Source of the DNA: Acidobacteriota bacterium
GTDB lineage: Bacteria; Acidobacteriota; UBA6911
Length of the DNA stretch: 64,000 bases
Direction of reading: 5' to 3'
NCBI GenBank assembly: GCA_963664705.1
Contig: OY761556.1
Span: 3,104,001 to 3,168,000, forward strand
This document shows positions 61,201 through 64,000 of the stretch, piece after piece. The notes under the pieces were generated by a model. That model saw only the letters and a program-made list of their open reading frames with translations, was not told where the DNA came from and did not search any database. Made by a program: the position numbers and the translations under genes. How positions within the stretch are numbered: the first letter of the stretch is position 1; the number at the start of each line of letters is the position of its first letter.

Positions 61201-63952
61201 CCTCATCCTCCAGGCTTCAACAAAGGACGAGGCCGGACACGCAGCCATCGCAAACCGGGATATGTGGATTGCCGGAGACAACGATTGGTGGTTTGCGGCT
61301 CGGGACGACGACCGCATGGATCTTCTCCCTGAGAAAAAGCGTTATGAACCGGGGCAGAAGGCCAGATTCCAGGTTCGGATGCCTTTCCGCAAAGCAACCG
61401 CGCTTATCAGCATTGAACGAGAGGGCGTCGGCGAAACGTTTATCAAAGAGCTTTCCGGGAAAGAACCGGTCATCGAAATCCCGGTAAAGGGGAACTACTC
61501 GCCCAATGTATTTGTTTCAGCCCTTGTGGTGCGCGGCAGGGCCAACGATTCGCGGCCTACCTCCATGGTGGATCTTGGCCGGCCTGCATACAAGCTGGGC
61601 ATAGCAGAAATCAACGTGGGCTGGAGCGCGCATGAACTCAAAGTGAAGGTGTCTTCCGATCGTTCTCAATATACGATCCGTGAAAAAGCAAAGGTGCAGG
61701 TTGCCGTAACGACTCCGGATGGCACGCCGCCGCCCAAAGGCTCTGAAGTGGCAATAGCGGCAGTGGATGAGGGGTTACTTGAATTGATGCCTAATGCCAG
61801 TTGGCAATTGCTCGATTCCATGATGGGAAGGCGCAGCTACAACGTTCAAACTTCCACAGCCCAAATGCACGTGATCGGAAAACGCCATTTCGGCCTCAAA
61901 GCATTGCCACCCGGCGGTGGAGGAGGAAGCCAGGCTACGCGGGAATTGTTTGACACCCTGCTGCTATGGAAAGGCCGGGTCCCGCTGAGCGAAAAAGGAA
62001 TTGCCAATGTAGAGGTTCCGCTGAATGACTCCATCACCAGCTTCCGGATCGTGGCGGTCGCGACCGCAGGTGTGGACCGGTTCGGTACTGGCTCAACAAG
62101 CATACGGTCCAACCGGGATCTGATTTTACTCTCTGGCATCGCCCCCCTTGTGCGCCAGGGAGATACCTTCCGTTCGACCTTCACCGTGCGCAATACAACC
62201 GCACGCAGCCTGAATGTCCGAATCACCACGAATATTACCGGGATCAAGGAGTCGTTGAAACCGCACGCAATGGACATCGGATCCGGTGAATCCAAGGAAA
62301 TCTACTGGGATGTAACGGCACCCGCCGGTGTCGATTCGCTCCGCTACCAGATCGAGGCGGTAGCGGACGGAGGTATCAGGGACAGTCTTGCCGTATCCCA
62401 GAAGGTTGTTCCTCCTTTGCCCGTGCATGCGGTCCAGGCTACTTTGACTCAGCTTTCCGGCGACTATCGCATGGATGTCGATCGGCCCAAAGAGGCGCTT
62501 CCAGGTATGGGAGGAATTGATATTTCTCTCAAACCCAGGCTTGTCGATGGACTCACCGGTGTTTCGGATTACATGCGGCTATACCCGTACTCCTGTCTTG
62601 AGCAATTGGTTTCCAAATCGGTTGCCCTGCATGATCTTGCGCTCTGGAAAAGAATCGCAGCGGAACTCCCCGCCTATCTCGATGCGGATGGCTTGCTCAA
62701 GTACTTCCCGTCGATGAACAAAGGCAGCGATGTTCTGACTTCCTATGTCCTGTCCATCGCCCAGGAAGCAGGATTCGAGATTCCCGAAGGAACCAAACAG
62801 CGCCTCGTCGAAGGGTTGCGAGGTTTCGTCGAAGGCCGAATTGTCCGCTACTCTTCTCTTCCCACCGTCGACCTGTCGGTCCGGAAGTTGTCCGCCATCG
62901 CGGCATTGGCGAGAGTTGGACAGATGAATAGCGAACTGCTTTCGTCCATCACCATCGAGCCGAATCTGTGGCCGACATCGGCGCTCATCGACTGGCTGGA
63001 GATTCTCAAACGAGGCCAGTCCATCCGAAATCGCGACGCTCGGCTGCGTGAATCCCAGCAGATACTGCGCTCACGACTCAATTTCCAGGGAACAATCATG
63101 ACCTTCTCTACGGAGAAGACAGATTGTTTGTGGTGGCTTATGATTTCCCCGGATGAGAACTCCGTTCGGATGCTCCTGAATGCCCTGGATCTGTCCGACT
63201 GGAGACAGGACATTCCCAGGCTTGTTCGCGGCACCTTGGGAAGGCAGCACCGGGGGCATTGGGATACAACGGTTGCCAACGCATGGGGAGTGCTGGCGAT
63301 GAATAAGTTCTCGCGGCTATTTGAAAGTACGCCCGTAACAGGATCCAGCACAATCTCGCTTGCCGGAGCCAGCCAAAATCTGAATTGGTCGGAATCTCCT
63401 CAAGGCAAAAACCTGTCGTTTGCATGGCCTGCCCAGAAATCGGAGCTTGCCTTGCATATGGCCGGCACCGGCCAGCCCTGGGCAACCATCCGCAGCCTGG
63501 CCGCAATTCCTCTTAAGCAGCCGGTATCTACAGGATACAAAATCAAAAAGACCATGACGCCTGTTGAGCAAAAAGATCGCAGCAAATGGACACGGGGCGA
63601 CCTTCTGCGCGTGCGTCTCGAGATGGAGGCGCAATCGGACATGACATGGGTTATTGTCGACGATCCGATTCCCGCCGGAGCGGCTATCCTGGGAAGCGGG
63701 CTGGGACGCGATTCACAGCTGTTGACTCGAGGGGAAAAAAGAGAAGGCTGGGTTTGGCCGGCCTTTGAAGAACGATCCTTCGAAGCATTTCGTTCCTATT
63801 TTGAGTTCGTTCCTAAAGGGAATTGGGTTATCGAATACACGTTGCGGTTGAACAATGAAGGAACAATGCATATGCCTCCCACCAGAGTGGAGGCCATGTA
63901 TTCACCCGAAATGTTCGGAGAACTGCCGAATCAAGCCATGCAAATACAATGA
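58229..63952 (+). CDS. Bacterial alpha-2-macroglobulin
   Basis: 1907 aa; DRSLFRAGETVH, AAVDEG, thioester YPYSCLEQ, VDDPIPAG, EAMYSPE. Confidence 0.95.
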   Translation: MLMITRRSWLIVAVVLCSFSLSLLAQQQARIQEFTPQGTVRTIRQVRVRFSEAMVAFGDPHAASSPFSISCDEKGAGRWADSTNWAYDFERDLPAGIRCEFTVRDDLKSLNGNAITGQRRFQLSTGGPAILRTTPYQGSESISDDQIFILELNGPAVESSVLSHVSFTVQGISEKVGIRIVSGPQREEIINSRYPARYYEKRPGNLLLIQSKQRFPARSQVNLVWGAGVASPSGVVTGQDQVIPYKTQVPFIATFHCQRENPQSQCVPVSTMHLSFSAPVSWKTAKNVILKGPAGKVWKAKAQFEEDAEEESKETGDRTVNGVTFQPPFPESAAFTIEIPQGIEDDAGHKLTNTGSFPLKVRTDEYPPLAKFAADFGILELNAEPALPVTLRNIESELSGKIFENTGGADGFDPVVQEPGAQRIISDLKGKVLKIPADKANQMLGWINKVSQRGWDDRDKSVFGAVTAPRTKAFKLPRPQGGKPFEVIGIPLKDPGFYVVEIESGMLGASLLGASKPMYVPTTVLVTNLSVHFKWGAESSLVWVTTLDKAEPVKQAKVEILDCEGKLRAQGTTDASGILRIPSLPTSREVPTCRENRYAREGLLATAQSNNDMAFVHSGWNEGIESWRYNLPTEWRPNLLAVHTILDRSLFRAGETVHMKHLFRKKVLAGFALNPAEPLPKKAVIQHLGTDQKYEFPLKWDAAGISESTWNIPKDAKLGTYQIYFHTGDEAKTNEEEEYDSYGAAPVSGYFRVEEYRVPLTRAIIRPPSEPLVVPATVPVDLTVSYLSGGGASGLPVKFRYDVKPRYISGVEGFEDYLFSNGNVKEGIVRHDLEESETSEPALKSIDLNLDKTGSARTTITGLAPANIPTQILAELEFRDPNGEVQTAASSIPVWPASRMIGIQPDSWMQSKGSLKFKVAVLDLKRKPVANAPVSVLLLQRKSYSHRKRLVGGFYAYENYTETKRIGSVCNGKTDSKGLLICASSQTVSGNLILQASTKDEAGHAAIANRDMWIAGDNDWWFAARDDDRMDLLPEKKRYEPGQKARFQVRMPFRKATALISIEREGVGETFIKELSGKEPVIEIPVKGNYSPNVFVSALVVRGRANDSRPTSMVDLGRPAYKLGIAEINVGWSAHELKVKVSSDRSQYTIREKAKVQVAVTTPDGTPPPKGSEVAIAAVDEGLLELMPNASWQLLDSMMGRRSYNVQTSTAQMHVIGKRHFGLKALPPGGGGGSQATRELFDTLLLWKGRVPLSEKGIANVEVPLNDSITSFRIVAVATAGVDRFGTGSTSIRSNRDLILLSGIAPLVRQGDTFRSTFTVRNTTARSLNVRITTNITGIKESLKPHAMDIGSGESKEIYWDVTAPAGVDSLRYQIEAVADGGIRDSLAVSQKVVPPLPVHAVQATLTQLSGDYRMDVDRPKEALPGMGGIDISLKPRLVDGLTGVSDYMRLYPYSCLEQLVSKSVALHDLALWKRIAAELPAYLDADGLLKYFPSMNKGSDVLTSYVLSIAQEAGFEIPEGTKQRLVEGLRGFVEGRIVRYSSLPTVDLSVRKLSAIAALARVGQMNSELLSSITIEPNLWPTSALIDWLEILKRGQSIRNRDARLRESQQILRSRLNFQGTIMTFSTEKTDCLWWLMISPDENSVRMLLNALDLSDWRQDIPRLVRGTLGRQHRGHWDTTVANAWGVLAMNKFSRLFESTPVTGSSTISLAGASQNLNWSESPQGKNLSFAWPAQKSELALHMAGTGQPWATIRSLAAIPLKQPVSTGYKIKKTMTPVEQKDRSKWTRGDLLRVRLEMEAQSDMTWVIVDDPIPAGAAILGSGLGRDSQLLTRGEKREGWVWPAFEERSFEAFRSYFEFVPKGNWVIEYTLRLNNEGTMHMPPTRVEAMYSPEMFGELPNQAMQIQ

Positions 63953-64000
63953 AAAGGTCAGGCTTCCGACTTCACATCTCAAAGGCGGGGTTCCTCATCC
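63949..64000 (+). CDS. Start of a downstream gene, truncated by the window edge (possibly PBP1C)
   Basis: ATGA overlap with the A2M stop, open to the edge (MKRSGFRLHISKAGFLI); identity inferred only from usual A2M-pbpC synteny. Confidence 0.4.
   Translation, partial: MKRSGFRLHISKAGFLI

Overview
Core-genome window from a bacterium, most likely an anaerobic member of Acidobacteriota. This is inferred from the acidobacterial-type VWA and OmpA proteins and a class I Hcp. Positions ~3.4-24 kb hold the minus-strand str-S10-spc-alpha ribosomal superoperon (rpsL to rplQ, then ribA); map is absent, and rpmJ was missed by the ORF track. The rest is housekeeping and envelope genes: recG, patB-like, ssb, PBP1A, ispB, a MetRS C-terminal domain, larC, argS, hcpR-hcp, cytochrome c, rhomboid, S46 peptidase, an atuA cluster, aroF, mpg, an M16 peptidase pair, aceE, OmpA, VWA, murU/amgK-like genes and alpha-2-macroglobulin. 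I see no rRNA, tRNA, CRISPR array or transposase. Main unexplained signal: about 20 intergenic elements built from tandem 7-nt repeats of several sequence families, mostly arranged as inverted arms (hairpins). They fill 12 gene junctions of the ribosomal superoperon, and often supply or abut stop codons or sit in predicted promoters. Other highlights: an unannotated exported UxxC selenoprotein (47292-47735, minus) with a SECIS-like hairpin; a candidate small RNA or attenuator upstream of recG; and a multi-branched RNA structure in the rpsL-rpsG spacer. All calls come from reading the sequence by eye; no database searches were run.
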